Assembly: GCA_963840455.1 (NCBI GenBank)
Contig: CAWIYV010000001.1
Coordinates: 256,001 to 320,000, forward strand
Direction of reading: 5' to 3'
Length of the DNA: 64,000 nt
Source of the DNA: Nitrospirota bacterium
GTDB taxonomy: Bacteria > Nitrospirota > UBA9217
In this document: one piece after another, positions 7,273 to 17,359 of the stretch
Layout: the number at the start of each line of letters is the position of its first letter
Numbering within the stretch: the first letter of the stretch is position 1
Translations under genes and position numbers: made by a program
Notes under the pieces: generated by a model
The model's input: the letters and a program-made list of their open reading frames with translations, nothing else
The model's database searches: none
What the model was told of the DNA's origin: nothing

Positions 7273-10215
7273 TCAGACCTCAAAGGGGATTTTAATGATA
7301 AACTTGGTGCCCTGGTTCTTTTCCGACTCGATCTCGATGGTCCCGCCGTGGTCCTTGACGATGCTGTAGCAGATGGACAGGCCAAGTCCGGTCCCCCGTG
7401 TCGGCCCCTTGGTGGTGAAGAAGGGATCGAAGACCTTGTCCTTCACTTCGGTGTCGATGCCGCCGCCGGTGTCGGCGAATACCATCTCCACGTGGTTGTT
7501 TGACTGGGTCACCGTTATATCGAGCTTTCCTCCGTCGGGCATGGCGTCCCGCGCGTTCAGCAGAAGGTTGAGAAAGACCTGCTGCATCTGGTCGGGATCG
7601 AGCTTGATCGGATGGGTGTTCCGCACATCGGTCCGGACCTCGATCTTCTTGAAGTTCTTGTCGAACCGCACAAGGTCAATGGTGTTCTGCAGGATGTCCT
7701 TGAGATCGGTCGGAACGCGCTGGCGGGGATAGAGCCGTGCGAAATCTCCGAGGTTGCGGACGATCCGCGCGATGCGGTTCACGTGCTGATGGATGGTACT
7801 GAGCGAACCCTTGAGGAAGGACGACCCGTCCTCGGACAGCAGTTCCTGCACCAGGGAGGAGATCGAAGCCAGGGGGTTCCCGATCTCGTGGGAGACCCCG
7901 GCGGCAAGCCGGCCGACGCTGGCGTGCTTGGTGGCCCGGAACAGCTCCTCCTCGATCTTCTTCTTCTCCGTGATGTCCTCAAGGACCAGTACGTACCCCT
8001 GCTGGACGCCCGTGAGCCTGCTCACGTACCCCTTCAGGATGATATGGGGCTCGAAGTTCCGGCGGCAGGTGATCTCTCCTTCGTTGATGATGGCCGAGAA
8101 CAGACGCGGCTCAAGGCACGTGAGCAATCCACCCGCATCCTTGCCGAGGGCATCGGATTTCTCGGCGCCGGTGATCATCTCCATGGAGGTGTTCCAGTAG
8201 GTCACGCGGTGGGACTCATCGAGCGTAGCCACCCCAAGGGGAAGACTTTCGATGATGTTCTCGCTGAACTCCTTCAGCATGGCCAGCTGCCGGTTGGCCT
8301 CGGCAAGCTCCTGACGCGAAAGGCGGAGGCTCCGCGATATCTGCCGGACCGAATGGGAAATGCGGTGCGTCTCGTCGTGGGACGTCGTGCTCAGCTCCTG
8401 GAATACCAGCGTGCTGATGGACGGCCCCAGGGCGCCCGAAAGGATCCGTTCCGCCTCCTCCCGGAGCTTCATGAGCCATTCTCCCGACACCGATTCGCGT
8501 GTGAGGCTGTTCCGCGCGAGGAACCCGTTCACGACCTCCAGTGCCTCACCGGGGCCCAGGTACTGCCCGAGGACGTCCTCGATCGCCTCGATGTTGGCAG
8601 GCCGGTGGGTCGAGGAAAAGTGCTTTGGCGAGAAGGAGTCCACGAAGATGATGGCTTGGCGTGTATCCGCATCGGTCTGCCGAGTGAAGAGCGAGATGCC
8701 CACGAAGAACAGCAGGTTCAGGAGCATGCCCCAGAACAGGGAATGGGTCCAGCGGTCCATGCCATGGAGCCCAAAGAGGGCCGTGGGGTTCAGGAATGTC
8801 GAGCTGAACACCCCCTCCATGAATCCCCCCTTCTCGATGATCCCGGCGCGGGACATCGCCGGGATCAGGAGCGTATAAATCCAGACCGAGAAACCGGCGA
8901 GGATGCCGGCAATTGCGCCTTTCCGGTTCCCGCCCTTCCAGACAAGCCCGAGCAGGAGCGCTGGTGCGAAGATGGTCACTGCCTCGAAGGACTTCAAGCC
9001 GATGTCAACCAGGCTGTAGAACTCGCCGATCGATACTGCGAAGATATACCCGAGGAACACCAGTCCCAGGATCACGAGCCGCTTGATGTTCAGGAGGATC
9101 GTGTGGAGCCCTTTGATGTTGATGCCGAGGAAAGCAGGCATCACCAGGCTGTTCATCACCATGGTGGAGAGCGCCACCGACTCCACGATGACCATGGCCG
9201 TCGCCGCCGAGAAGCCGCCGAGGAAAACAATGGCCGTCAGGAGCGGGTTCCCCTGCTGGAGCGGGATGGAGAGCACGAAGTAGTCTGCGTTCTTCTGCGC
9301 TCCCCCCAGCATGAGCCCGCCGTAGGCGATCGGGAGAACGAAGATGTTGATCAGGAACAGGTACAGCGGGAAGAGCCAGACCGCCTTCTTGATGTGGTCG
9401 GTAGAGGTGTTCTCCACCACGGCCACGTGGAACTGCCGGGGGAGGAACATGATGGCCATCATCGAAAGGAAGGTGAGCGACGCCCATTCGTACAAACTCG
9501 TCGGAGACCCTTCACCCAGGGTCATCAGGCCGGCGTAGGAGCTCGCTTTCATTTTGGCCATGATATCGCCGACACCATCGAAGAGACCGTAGGTCACGAA
9601 CACACCGACAAGCAGGAATGCAACCAGTTTGAAGGCGGACTCGAAGGCAACGGCAAAGACCAGGCCGCCGTGCCGCTCGGAAGCGTCCAGCCGGCGTGCC
9701 CCGAAGATCACGGCAAACGCGCCCAGGATGAACGAGATGAACCAGCCCGCGACGCGGCTCCCCTCGGGCTGGCCCGACAGGAGCGAGAAGGTCGACATGA
9801 TCGCCTTGAGCTGGAGGCCGAGGTAGGGGGTGATGCCGACGACCGCCACGATCGTCACGAGGCCGGACAGGAAGAGCGACTTTCCGTAGCGCGTCGCGAT
9901 AAAGTCCGAGATAGTGGTGATGCGGTTCTCTTTGGAGATGAGAATGATTTTCCGGAGCACGATCCACCAGAGCGCGGCCATGAGGGTCGGGCCGAGATAG
10001 ATCGTAAGGAAGCTCAGCCCCAGATTAGCCGCCCGGCCGACGCTTCCGTAGAACGTCCACGACGTGCAGTAGACGGCCAGGGACAGCGAATAGATATAGG
10101 GATTCGAGACAAGACTCCTCCCCTGCTGTTCCTTCCGGTCCGCAACGTAGGCCACGAAGAACAGGAGGAGAAGGTAACCGAGAATGATCGAGAGAAGGAC
10201 CCAGGGGGAGAACAC
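7273..10215 (-). CDS. Sodium:solute symporter (SLC5)-PAS-histidine kinase fusion, CbrA/CrbS-like sensor
   Basis: N-terminal SLC5 domain (YSLSLAVYCTSWTFYGSVG, LPRQFH), STAC-like linker, PAS, H-box GVSHEIGNPL, N/G boxes (NLLLNARDA, DTGGGI, FDPFFTTK, GTGLGL). Confidence 0.93.
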   Translation of the reverse strand: MFSPWVLLSIILGYLLLLFFVAYVADRKEQQGRSLVSNPYIYSLSLAVYCTSWTFYGSVGRAANLGLSFLTIYLGPTLMAALWWIVLRKIILISKENRITTISDFIATRYGKSLFLSGLVTIVAVVGITPYLGLQLKAIMSTFSLLSGQPEGSRVAGWFISFILGAFAVIFGARRLDASERHGGLVFAVAFESAFKLVAFLLVGVFVTYGLFDGVGDIMAKMKASSYAGLMTLGEGSPTSLYEWASLTFLSMMAIMFLPRQFHVAVVENTSTDHIKKAVWLFPLYLFLINIFVLPIAYGGLMLGGAQKNADYFVLSIPLQQGNPLLTAIVFLGGFSAATAMVIVESVALSTMVMNSLVMPAFLGINIKGLHTILLNIKRLVILGLVFLGYIFAVSIGEFYSLVDIGLKSFEAVTIFAPALLLGLVWKGGNRKGAIAGILAGFSVWIYTLLIPAMSRAGIIEKGGFMEGVFSSTFLNPTALFGLHGMDRWTHSLFWGMLLNLLFFVGISLFTRQTDADTRQAIIFVDSFSPKHFSSTHRPANIEAIEDVLGQYLGPGEALEVVNGFLARNSLTRESVSGEWLMKLREEAERILSGALGPSISTLVFQELSTTSHDETHRISHSVRQISRSLRLSRQELAEANRQLAMLKEFSENIIESLPLGVATLDESHRVTYWNTSMEMITGAEKSDALGKDAGGLLTCLEPRLFSAIINEGEITCRRNFEPHIILKGYVSRLTGVQQGYVLVLEDITEKKKIEEELFRATKHASVGRLAAGVSHEIGNPLASISSLVQELLSEDGSSFLKGSLSTIHQHVNRIARIVRNLGDFARLYPRQRVPTDLKDILQNTIDLVRFDKNFKKIEVRTDVRNTHPIKLDPDQMQQVFLNLLLNARDAMPDGGKLDITVTQSNNHVEMVFADTGGGIDTEVKDKVFDPFFTTKGPTRGTGLGLSICYSIVKDHGGTIEIESEKNQGTKFIIKIPFEV

Positions 10216-10392
10216 TTAGCCGCCTCCGTCCTCCCGCTCCGAAGACCGGGAGGCAAGGAAGATCAGTCCGATATATACGAACCAGATGATGAAGAGATAG
10301 TACGTAAGACTGTCATGGAAGATGTTCAGAAGCGGCCATCCGAAAAGCAACAACCCGAGAAAGAACAGCGCTATCCAGATGTCCCTTTTCAT
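10216..10392 (-). CDS. 58-aa two-TM peptide abutting the kinase start (CbrX-like position)
   Basis: MKRDIWIALFFLGLLLFGWPLLNIFHDSLTYYLFIIWFVYIGLIFLASRSSEREDGGG*; GGAG RBS; TAA directly followed by the kinase GTG; absent from the ORF track (<60 aa). Confidence 0.8.
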   Translation of the reverse strand: MKRDIWIALFFLGLLLFGWPLLNIFHDSLTYYLFIIWFVYIGLIFLASRSSEREDGGG

Positions 10393-10701
10393 TGCTCCAT
10401 CACCTCAGCACCGTGTAACCATTCTGCACATACGATGGCCTTCCTACTGCAGAGAGAACACAGCATCAACAAATCAAGATGTTAGAAGTTGAAATAGTAC
10501 CATATTTTGTTACAAATATCCACAAAGGATTGTCTCGCAAGGACTGCCTCGCGTTGGATAATGTGAAGTTTCGAAACATGGATCCACAAGAGAGCGGGTC
10601 GGATGACGAAACTTCCTCGACGATAGAAGCTTCCCCCCCAGTATGCTTAAGGGAGCTTCCGTGACCCTTGTCCAGGGCGCATGCGCCCCGACACCGGAAC
10701 G

Positions 10702-11694
10702 TCATTGCTGAAGATTGGATGTAAGCAGGATATATCCGGTAACCGAGGCAAGGACAACGGTAAAGACCAGGGAGACGACAGCAAGACGCCTCTGCAGGGA
10801 CGGCAGGACATTGGCCAGGCTGGGAAGACCGCGAAAGGGCATCAAAAGACCTACTCCCATGCCGCTCACCGCACCGCCGAACAGGGCGGCGTAAAAGAGG
10901 TAGCCGATGTAGTGGTATTCCCTCTGGAGGACGCAGAACGGGCAGTGATGGGTCGGCAGCTCGTATACCGCCGTGCAGATGAACGAAAGCAGAGAGGCCA
11001 GGCCTACCACGAAGGTGGCGCCGGCAGAAAGGGCGAACGCATATCCCCCCCTCCCGGCTGCGATGAAGACCCATCCCAGCACGACCGTGGTCACGATCAC
11101 CGCAATGAACGCCATCCGCATGGGAGCACCGGGCAGCGACGCGATGTCCGAGGCGATCGTTGCCGAACCCGTGCTGAAGAGGCTTCCGCAGCAGGACGTG
11201 ATGATCTCCGGCCGGAGCCCGCGAAAATACAGGACCTGCAGGGCCGTATCCAGCACGACCAGCGGCGCGATGACCATGAGAAGACCGTATTTTTTCCTGA
11301 CCAGGGGATAATCATAGGCCTGGTTGTCCGCGTGGTTCATGATGAGCCAGAGGCCGGCCAGGAGGAAGTTCATGACCTTGAGCAGCAGCAGAGGATACCC
11401 GAAACCGTTCACGTTGAAGGTCCCGGCAGCGCACATCGCACCCGTGAACAGGGCGCTCAGACTGTCGGCGGTGTAGACGAGGAGGAACAGGGAGATCAGC
11501 TGGAAGCCGAAGGCATAGGCAAGGACCGTGGAGATCAGGTAGGTCCTCCGTTCGAGGTCCAGCTGCAGGCTGCTGCCGCTCCGGAGGTCCCAGCGCCGGA
11601 GGATCCTGACGCCGAACCAGAATGCGAGCAGGACCATGGCCGTGACCAGGAACGACGATACGAGGAGCGCGATGATCGCGGGATGGAGGATCAT
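10702..11694 (-). CDS. Polytopic membrane protein with Cys/His motifs, function unknown
   Basis: About 8 TM segments; GAMCAAG, TSCCGS, YELPTHHCPFC; ATGA overlap with the ABC ATPase. Confidence 0.85.
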   Translation of the reverse strand: MILHPAIIALLVSSFLVTAMVLLAFWFGVRILRRWDLRSGSSLQLDLERRTYLISTVLAYAFGFQLISLFLLVYTADSLSALFTGAMCAAGTFNVNGFGYPLLLLKVMNFLLAGLWLIMNHADNQAYDYPLVRKKYGLLMVIAPLVVLDTALQVLYFRGLRPEIITSCCGSLFSTGSATIASDIASLPGAPMRMAFIAVIVTTVVLGWVFIAAGRGGYAFALSAGATFVVGLASLLSFICTAVYELPTHHCPFCVLQREYHYIGYLFYAALFGGAVSGMGVGLLMPFRGLPSLANVLPSLQRRLAVVSLVFTVVLASVTGYILLTSNLQQ

Positions 11695-12377
11695 GGCCCT
11701 GCAGCCTCTATCCTGCCGTCCCGCATCGTAACAACCCGGTCGATCACCGGAGATTCGTATACCAGCGGGTCATGGCTCGCGATGATCACGGTCTTGCGGG
11801 AGGCTTTGAGCCTGGCCACGATATCCATGAACTCCCGGGAGAGCTTCGTGTCAAGGTGAGCCGTCGGCTCGTCGGCGATGATGACCGGAGGGTCGTTGAT
11901 CAGCGCCCGGGCGATCGCCGTGCGCTGAGCCTCTCCTCCGGAAAGCCACTCGGACCGAGACGACTCCCGGGGCAGGATGCCGAAGAGGTCCAGGAGTTCG
12001 CGGGCCCGGCGTTTGAGCGAGGCATGGGACTCGCCCAGCGGGTATGCCGGCAGCATGACGTTCTCCAGGGCCGTGATCCCCTTCACCAGATTGAACTGCT
12101 GGAAGATGAACCCGAAGGTTGAGCGCCGGACCTCGGTCAGGAAACGCTCCGGCAGGCTCGTGATCTCACGGTCTTCCAGCACGATCCTCCCTTGCGTGGG
12201 CCGCGCCATGCAACCCACGAGCGACAGCAGGGTCGTCTTGCCTGAACCGCTCGGCCCCCGGAAGACGGTCACCCGCCGTGCCTCGAGGGAGAGGCTCACC
12301 CCGTCCACGGCCGTCAGGGCATGGGCCTTCCCTTCGTTAAAGACCTTCCGGATGTCCCTGAGATCGATCATCGTCAT
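11691..12377 (-). CDS. ABC transporter ATP-binding protein (LolD/MacB type)
   Basis: GPSGSGKT, LSGGEAQR, IIADEPTAHLD; ATG at 12377 overlaps the permease stop. Confidence 0.93.
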   Translation of the reverse strand: MTMIDLRDIRKVFNEGKAHALTAVDGVSLSLEARRVTVFRGPSGSGKTTLLSLVGCMARPTQGRIVLEDREITSLPERFLTEVRRSTFGFIFQQFNLVKGITALENVMLPAYPLGESHASLKRRARELLDLFGILPRESSRSEWLSGGEAQRTAIARALINDPPVIIADEPTAHLDTKLSREFMDIVARLKASRKTVIIASHDPLVYESPVIDRVVTMRDGRIEAAGP

Positions 12378-13510
12378 GACCTCATCACCGAGTCCGGGTC
12401 GATGGTCGCCGCGCGCCACGACGGGATGATGGTCGCCACGGTATACGGGACCACGGTGAGGAAGAACAGGGTGGCCACCTGGTAGGCGCTGACGTACGGA
12501 ACGAGCTTGAAGGTCGGATAGAGCGTGGACCATCCCTTGAGCACGGGCTCGAAAAGCACCACATCGGTGAAGAACACGTGGACGTATGCCAGCAGGACCC
12601 CGGCCAGGAACGAGGACAGGGAGACCGTGGTCCCCTCCCAGAACTTCATCAGAAGGACATCGGAGGTCTCCCAGCCGACGGCCTTCAGGATGCCGATCTC
12701 TTTCCGCTCCTCGGCGGAGAGGCCCGATGCCTTGTCCCAGGCGAAGATGACGAAGGCCAGCACCGCCGCAGACAGGATGACCACGATGAGGCCGCTGCGC
12801 CAGTCGAAGATCGTGTCATAGGTCCGGAGGATCTCGCTCTTCATGATCGGTCGCGTGTCGGGCAGCAGCTTCTGGACCTTCCCGGCAACCGTCGCGACCT
12901 CCTTTGCGTTCCGCACGGTCAGGACGATGTCCGTGAACATCCCTTCGGCCATGCCAAAGAGCCTGCGGAAGTCCCGTTCGGAAATGAGGATGAGGTCGGA
13001 GGAGACCAGCTCTGAGGCGGGAGAGAGCACTTCGCTGATCGTCAGGACCATGGGTTCGCCGTCATACCTGCGGAACGAGAGCATGTCGCCGGCATAGGCG
13101 AAGCGTGACCGTGAGATGCCGTGGCCGGCAGCGATGTTCCCTTCGCCGAGGGAAAAGTCTTGGGGGACCATGAGCGTATAGTTCGCGCTCATGACGGGGT
13201 CGAAATAATAGCCCCACAACCGGCCGTGCACATCGCTCACCCCCCGGATGCCGCGGATGGCATCCAGATACCTTCCCGGGATCAGTTCGTGCCGCCCCGC
13301 CGCCATTCGCTGAACGACGATCTCAGGGGCCCCCTGAAGGACCAGCGAGGCCTCTTTCCGCAATGCATGGGTAAAGAACATGACCGACGCGAGCAGGAAG
13401 ACCAGGAGGGTATACACCAGGAGGAGCGCAATGTTCTTGCCTTTCCTGCGCGCCAGGGACGAGAGGGTGAAATCGATGACGTTCCGCTGTTTTTCGATCC
13501 AGATCCGCAT
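12374..13510 (-). CDS. ABC transporter permease (FtsX/MacB-like)
   Basis: One N-terminal TM, large periplasmic loop, ERKEIGILKAVGW motif, C-terminal TMs ending WRAATIDP. Confidence 0.9.
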   Translation of the reverse strand: MRIWIEKQRNVIDFTLSSLARRKGKNIALLLVYTLLVFLLASVMFFTHALRKEASLVLQGAPEIVVQRMAAGRHELIPGRYLDAIRGIRGVSDVHGRLWGYYFDPVMSANYTLMVPQDFSLGEGNIAAGHGISRSRFAYAGDMLSFRRYDGEPMVLTISEVLSPASELVSSDLILISERDFRRLFGMAEGMFTDIVLTVRNAKEVATVAGKVQKLLPDTRPIMKSEILRTYDTIFDWRSGLIVVILSAAVLAFVIFAWDKASGLSAEERKEIGILKAVGWETSDVLLMKFWEGTTVSLSSFLAGVLLAYVHVFFTDVVLFEPVLKGWSTLYPTFKLVPYVSAYQVATLFFLTVVPYTVATIIPSWRAATIDPDSVMRS

Positions 13511-13512
13511 GA

Positions 13513-13806
13513 CTACGGTCCCCGCTTTCCTTGCTGCGGTCCCAGGAGCGACCCCGAGGGGAAGTGCTCCAGCGACAGGGGATGGTCCTGGAAGGGCGCG
13601 AACATATCGGCCTGGGTGGGATGACGGGTGTACCGGGCCTCCGTGAAGAGGCAGAGATCGGTCAACTCAAACCGCCGCACCATGGCCGCTGTTCCAGCGA
13701 TGTCCGAGGCGTGCCCTCCACGCAGGTACGCAGCGTGCGTGAAGGCCGCCGCAAGAAGTACGGTCTGGATGCCCAGGTACAGGAAGAACAGAGATGATCG
13801 TCTCAT
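13513..13806 (-). CDS. Small membrane-anchored hypothetical protein
   Basis: N-terminal TM; LTDLCLFTEARYTRHP...FQDHP..LEHFPSG; operon spacing of 2 bp to the permease. Confidence 0.75.
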   Translation of the reverse strand: MRRSSLFFLYLGIQTVLLAAAFTHAAYLRGGHASDIAGTAAMVRRFELTDLCLFTEARYTRHPTQADMFAPFQDHPLSLEHFPSGSLLGPQQGKRGP

Positions 13807-13861
13807 GAAGAACCGTAGATGAAGGAAGTGCACGACATGCCGGAATGTCCGGCTTCGATGG

Positions 13862-14368
13862 TCAATCGAGCTGTTTCAGCACCGCGGAGGTGATGTCATG
13901 GTATCGGAGAATGCTCCTGCCCCCGTGGTCCTTCAGGAACCCGCGGGCCTCGGACTCGCCCGCAAAGGGTATCAGTTCCTTCCCCATGGGTCCGTACACA
14001 TCGCTTCCGAGGACATAGAACGCCTCGCGCCCGTCGATCTGCCTGACAGCATAGTAATCGTTCACGAAGAACCTGTCAACGTCCGATTGCCCCTTTCCGG
14101 GAGCATACTGTTTCAGGTCCAGCAGGAACTTGAACAGGTCCTTGGGCCCGTCAAAATAACGGAACGTGCCGTCCTTGAACAACAGGGTAGCAAGCCAGTC
14201 AGGATACTTTGAGACGAACATGCCGCATACAGGACACTTGTCCTTTGGCGAGGGTTTCGCAACCGCTGGTCCTTCCGCGCCAGCAGGCAGCGCGCTCAAC
14301 AGAGGAGCGAACACGGTCATTGCCGCGGCGACCAGGACGAACAGCACAATGATACCGTTCTTCTTCAT
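13862..14368 (-). CDS. NosL-family metal-binding exported protein
   Basis: Signal peptide; CPVCGM, FDGPKD, V.DYY, GSDVYGPMGKELIPF, F.KDHGG. Confidence 0.9.
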   Translation of the reverse strand: MKKNGIIVLFVLVAAAMTVFAPLLSALPAGAEGPAVAKPSPKDKCPVCGMFVSKYPDWLATLLFKDGTFRYFDGPKDLFKFLLDLKQYAPGKGQSDVDRFFVNDYYAVRQIDGREAFYVLGSDVYGPMGKELIPFAGESEARGFLKDHGGRSILRYHDITSAVLKQLD

Positions 14369-14448
14369 GGTACACTCCTCGATCATGGTGGATTTGGTGG
14401 AACGAACCTGGCATCCCGCTGCCAAGGACGATCGATCGCACAGTCCGG

Positions 14449-14970
14449 CTACAGCGTGTTCAACACAAGCTTGCGGAGCGTGTCCCCGGATGCCTCTCCG
14501 AGCAGCTTGTATTTGATATTGCCTTTCCGGTCGATGAAGAAGGTCCGCGGCAGGCCCAGGACGCCGTATGACTTCGCTGTTTTGCCTTCGGGGTCCAGGA
14601 GCACAGGATAGGTGATATTCACCCTGTTGACGTAGGCGCGCGCCGCGGCGAGGCCCTGGCCGACATTGACAGCATAGACCACAAGCCCCTGCTTTCCGTA
14701 TTGGCGGTACAGCTTATCAAGAACCGGCATTTCCTCAAGGCAGTAAGGGCACCAGTCCGCCCAGAAATGCACGACCACGGTCTTTCCCCTGAAATCGCCG
14801 GGGGCCGTGACGTTCCTCCCCTCAGTGTCCTGCAAGGAGAAGGGAGGCGGCGGATCGCCGATCTTGATCATCACCCGTTCCGCCCCGTTCGCCGTTGTCA
14901 CGAGGCAGAACAGGAGCGCGAACGACGCGGCACAGCGCACCGCGAGTTTCTTCCCCGTTGTGTCGGTCAT
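14449..14970 (-). CDS. TlpA/ResA-family thiol:disulfide oxidoreductase
   Basis: Signal/anchor; HFWADWCPYCLEEMP, YGVLGLPRTFFID. Confidence 0.92.
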   Translation of the reverse strand: MTDTTGKKLAVRCAASFALLFCLVTTANGAERVMIKIGDPPPPFSLQDTEGRNVTAPGDFRGKTVVVHFWADWCPYCLEEMPVLDKLYRQYGKQGLVVYAVNVGQGLAAARAYVNRVNITYPVLLDPEGKTAKSYGVLGLPRTFFIDRKGNIKYKLLGEASGDTLRKLVLNTL

Positions 14971-15286
14971 TGCTCTGTTCCTCCTGTCGCCGTGCCAGCG
15001 GCGATGCCTTCCGGCACAGGAGCAGACGGTCCCTTCAGCTCAACGTTCCACTTCCGGATTGACCTGCCCCCGATTATTGTACCAAGTGAAGAGTTGGACT
15101 TTTGGATTGGATTGCCTCTGGGGCCAGGGGCCATTATCCCAGAGAACTATGTCGTCCGTTGTGATTATACTCTCTTCGCCACATTTCAATCAAGACCTTC
15201 GCCTTTGCTAAAGTCGTAAAAATCTCCCTGTTCAGCGTTTATCCTGGAACTTCCTATTGAATGAATCAGTGTTGCCGTTCCCCTAG

Positions 15287-16619
15287 CAGGCCGCTGAAAA
15301 AGTGGCCTGCAGCTTGATAACTTCTGCTCGGAGATCATTTTTTCTCCGATTGTGTGACCTATGACTGACTTTGTTACCCATTCAAGATCGTCTTTCGACT
15401 CCCCTTATCAGGGTTCCGCTGCGTTCTTTCTATACAGCGGCTGCCGTCCTTCGTTGGATGTTTGCTATTCGCATCAAGTTATAGGCAGCTCCGACAAACC
15501 AAGCCTGAAGAAGAGTTCGATCTCTTCCTTTGTACCGTGTCCGTCGGAAGCCGCCGATGGTCTTCAGCCATCCGAAGATTTCTTCTACTCGTTTTCGGAT
15601 CCTCTGGCTGATGTTGTATCCTTCGTGCCGGGTCGTGCGACCATTAATCGCAGAACCGCCTCTTCGCTCCGTGTTCGCCGCAACGTGTGGGGTGATCTCT
15701 CGACTCCGCATTGCTTCAACAAAACCATGGGTATCATAGCCCTTGTCAGCACCGATGGTCGTGGGCTTTACGCGCTTCCGCGCTTGGCGGGTGAGCATCT
15801 CCTTGGCCGCCTCCCGTTCCGCGTCTCCTGTTGCCGGGGTAACGGTGATGTCGATCAGGAGGCCGTTCCGGTTCTCCATCAGGGCATGGGCGCCGAAGGA
15901 GAGTTTGGCCTCCTTGCCCTGGCTCTTCTTCATCAAACGAGACTCGGGATCAGTGGTGGACGCATGGGTCTCGTTCGACCGCTTTTCGCCCCGGAAGTTC
16001 ACCGTGGGATTGCCAGGGTCATCGTCTGTCGTCGGCCGGTCCGAAGGGTCTTCGTCCTTTGGCCGGAAGCTCTTCAAGCTGGCACAGGCCTCGATCAGAG
16101 TACCGTCCACCGTAAAGTGATCATCAGAGAGCAGCCCTTCCTTCCGGGCGATGTTGACCACTCGGTCAAAGAACTTCACGGCCACCCGGTGTTCCAGAAG
16201 CCGATTCCGGTTCTTCGTGAACGTCGTTGGATCGAAAGAAGCTTCTTCCAGGTTCATGTCCAGGAACCAGCGAAAGAGGATGTTGTAATCCACCATTTCG
16301 CAGAACTGGGTCTCGGAGCGAACCGAGTACAGGGCGATCAGGAGCTGGGACTTGAGCAACCGCTCCGGCGGAATCGACGGCCGGCCCATCTTGCTGTACA
16401 TCGCGTCAAAGATCGGCGAAAGCTCGGCAAGGACTGCATCCGCATGGGTTTTGATCATCCGAAGGGGATGCTGAGTCGGGACCCGCTGTTCAGGAGAAAA
16501 GTAGCTGAACATCCCGCTCTGAATATCGTTTTCACCGCGCATAGGGCCTCCTCATCACATCAGGTTGAGGCACTATACGCAGTCACATCACGTTTGAAAA
16601 GGACTTTTTCAGCAAACTG
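15287..16619 (-). mobile_element. IS5-family insertion sequence, 1333 bp, with CTAG target duplication
   Basis: Terminal IRs CAGGCCGCTGAAAAAGT / CAGTTTGCTGAAAAAGT; CTAG at 15283-15286 and 16620-16623. Confidence 0.93.
15430..16542 (-). CDS. IS5-family DDE transposase
   Basis: GRPSIPPERLLK, TVDGTLI, GADKGYD, RKRVEEIFGWLK. Confidence 0.95.
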   Translation of the reverse strand: MRGENDIQSGMFSYFSPEQRVPTQHPLRMIKTHADAVLAELSPIFDAMYSKMGRPSIPPERLLKSQLLIALYSVRSETQFCEMVDYNILFRWFLDMNLEEASFDPTTFTKNRNRLLEHRVAVKFFDRVVNIARKEGLLSDDHFTVDGTLIEACASLKSFRPKDEDPSDRPTTDDDPGNPTVNFRGEKRSNETHASTTDPESRLMKKSQGKEAKLSFGAHALMENRNGLLIDITVTPATGDAEREAAKEMLTRQARKRVKPTTIGADKGYDTHGFVEAMRSREITPHVAANTERRGGSAINGRTTRHEGYNISQRIRKRVEEIFGWLKTIGGFRRTRYKGRDRTLLQAWFVGAAYNLMRIANIQRRTAAAV

Positions 16620-16830
16620 CTAGGGACTACCGGTCTCGATGAACAGAGGACTGCATTATCCAGCGACAGGTACATCAATCCCACTGACACATGCTTGAAG
16701 CTTCCTGCTCTTTAATCGTGGATCATCATCGAATGCTTATAATCAGCAGAAGACGCCACTTGATTTTACTGTAGGCATCTGTCAGTTTCTCAATAGGCAA
16801 ATTTTAGTATGAAGGAAGGATGATCTCAAT

Positions 16831-17359
16831 ATGAAAGACTTAATTGGTAAGAAGGTCCTGATGGTGATCGCGAAGAGTAAGTTCAGGGACGAAGAATATC
16901 TCGAGCCCAGAAAGGTCCTGGAGGCAGCGGGTGCGGTCGTTACCGTGGCATCGTCATCGTTGAACACTGCCGAAGGTATGCTGGGGCTCAAAGTGAAGCC
17001 GGATGTACTGATTGGTAATGTAAAAGAAGGGGATTATGACGGGATCGTCTTCGTGGGAGGCGGTGGGGCGGTCGAATATTTTGACAGCCCCGTGGCACAT
17101 AAGCTTGCGCAAGATTTTTTCGCCCACGACAAGCTTACGTCGGCTATCTGCATCGCACCGGCGACACTGGCGAACGCGGGCGTGCTGAAGGGCAAGAAGG
17201 CGACCTCGTTCCCCTCTTCTGGAAGCGACACTTAAAGCCAAAGGCGCCGCCCTGACCAAGTCGGACGTTGTCGTCGATGGAAATGTCGTTACTGGTGTAG
17301 GACCGGAAGCGGCGAAAAAGTTCGGGGAGAAGCTGATAGAAGTGCTGAGCGGTAAATAG
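16831..17359 (+). CDS. DJ-1/PfpI family protein, interrupted by a +1 frameshift near 17221
   Basis: FRDEE, FVGGGG, AICIAP; after one extra G the frame continues EATLKAKGAALTKSDVVVDGNVVTGVGPEAAKKFGEKL to TAG at 17359. Confidence 0.85.

Noticed and set aside
7612-10485. 957-aa + strand ORF (likewise 634-1710, 24127-25845, 26340-27998, 48482-49834, 50493-52079)
   Set aside because: Antisense shadows of real genes, expected from high-GC codon bias.
14967-15059. Truncated gene remnant overlapping the TlpA start (ATGA)
   Set aside because: Only about 30 codons with no recognisable homology; a TG-TACAAT -10-like motif just upstream suggests a plain leader.
17215-17240. Programmed ribosomal frameshift in DJ-1 (also UDG, mutS)
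   Set aside because: No slippery heptamer or stimulator; single duplicated bases fit sequencing indels better.
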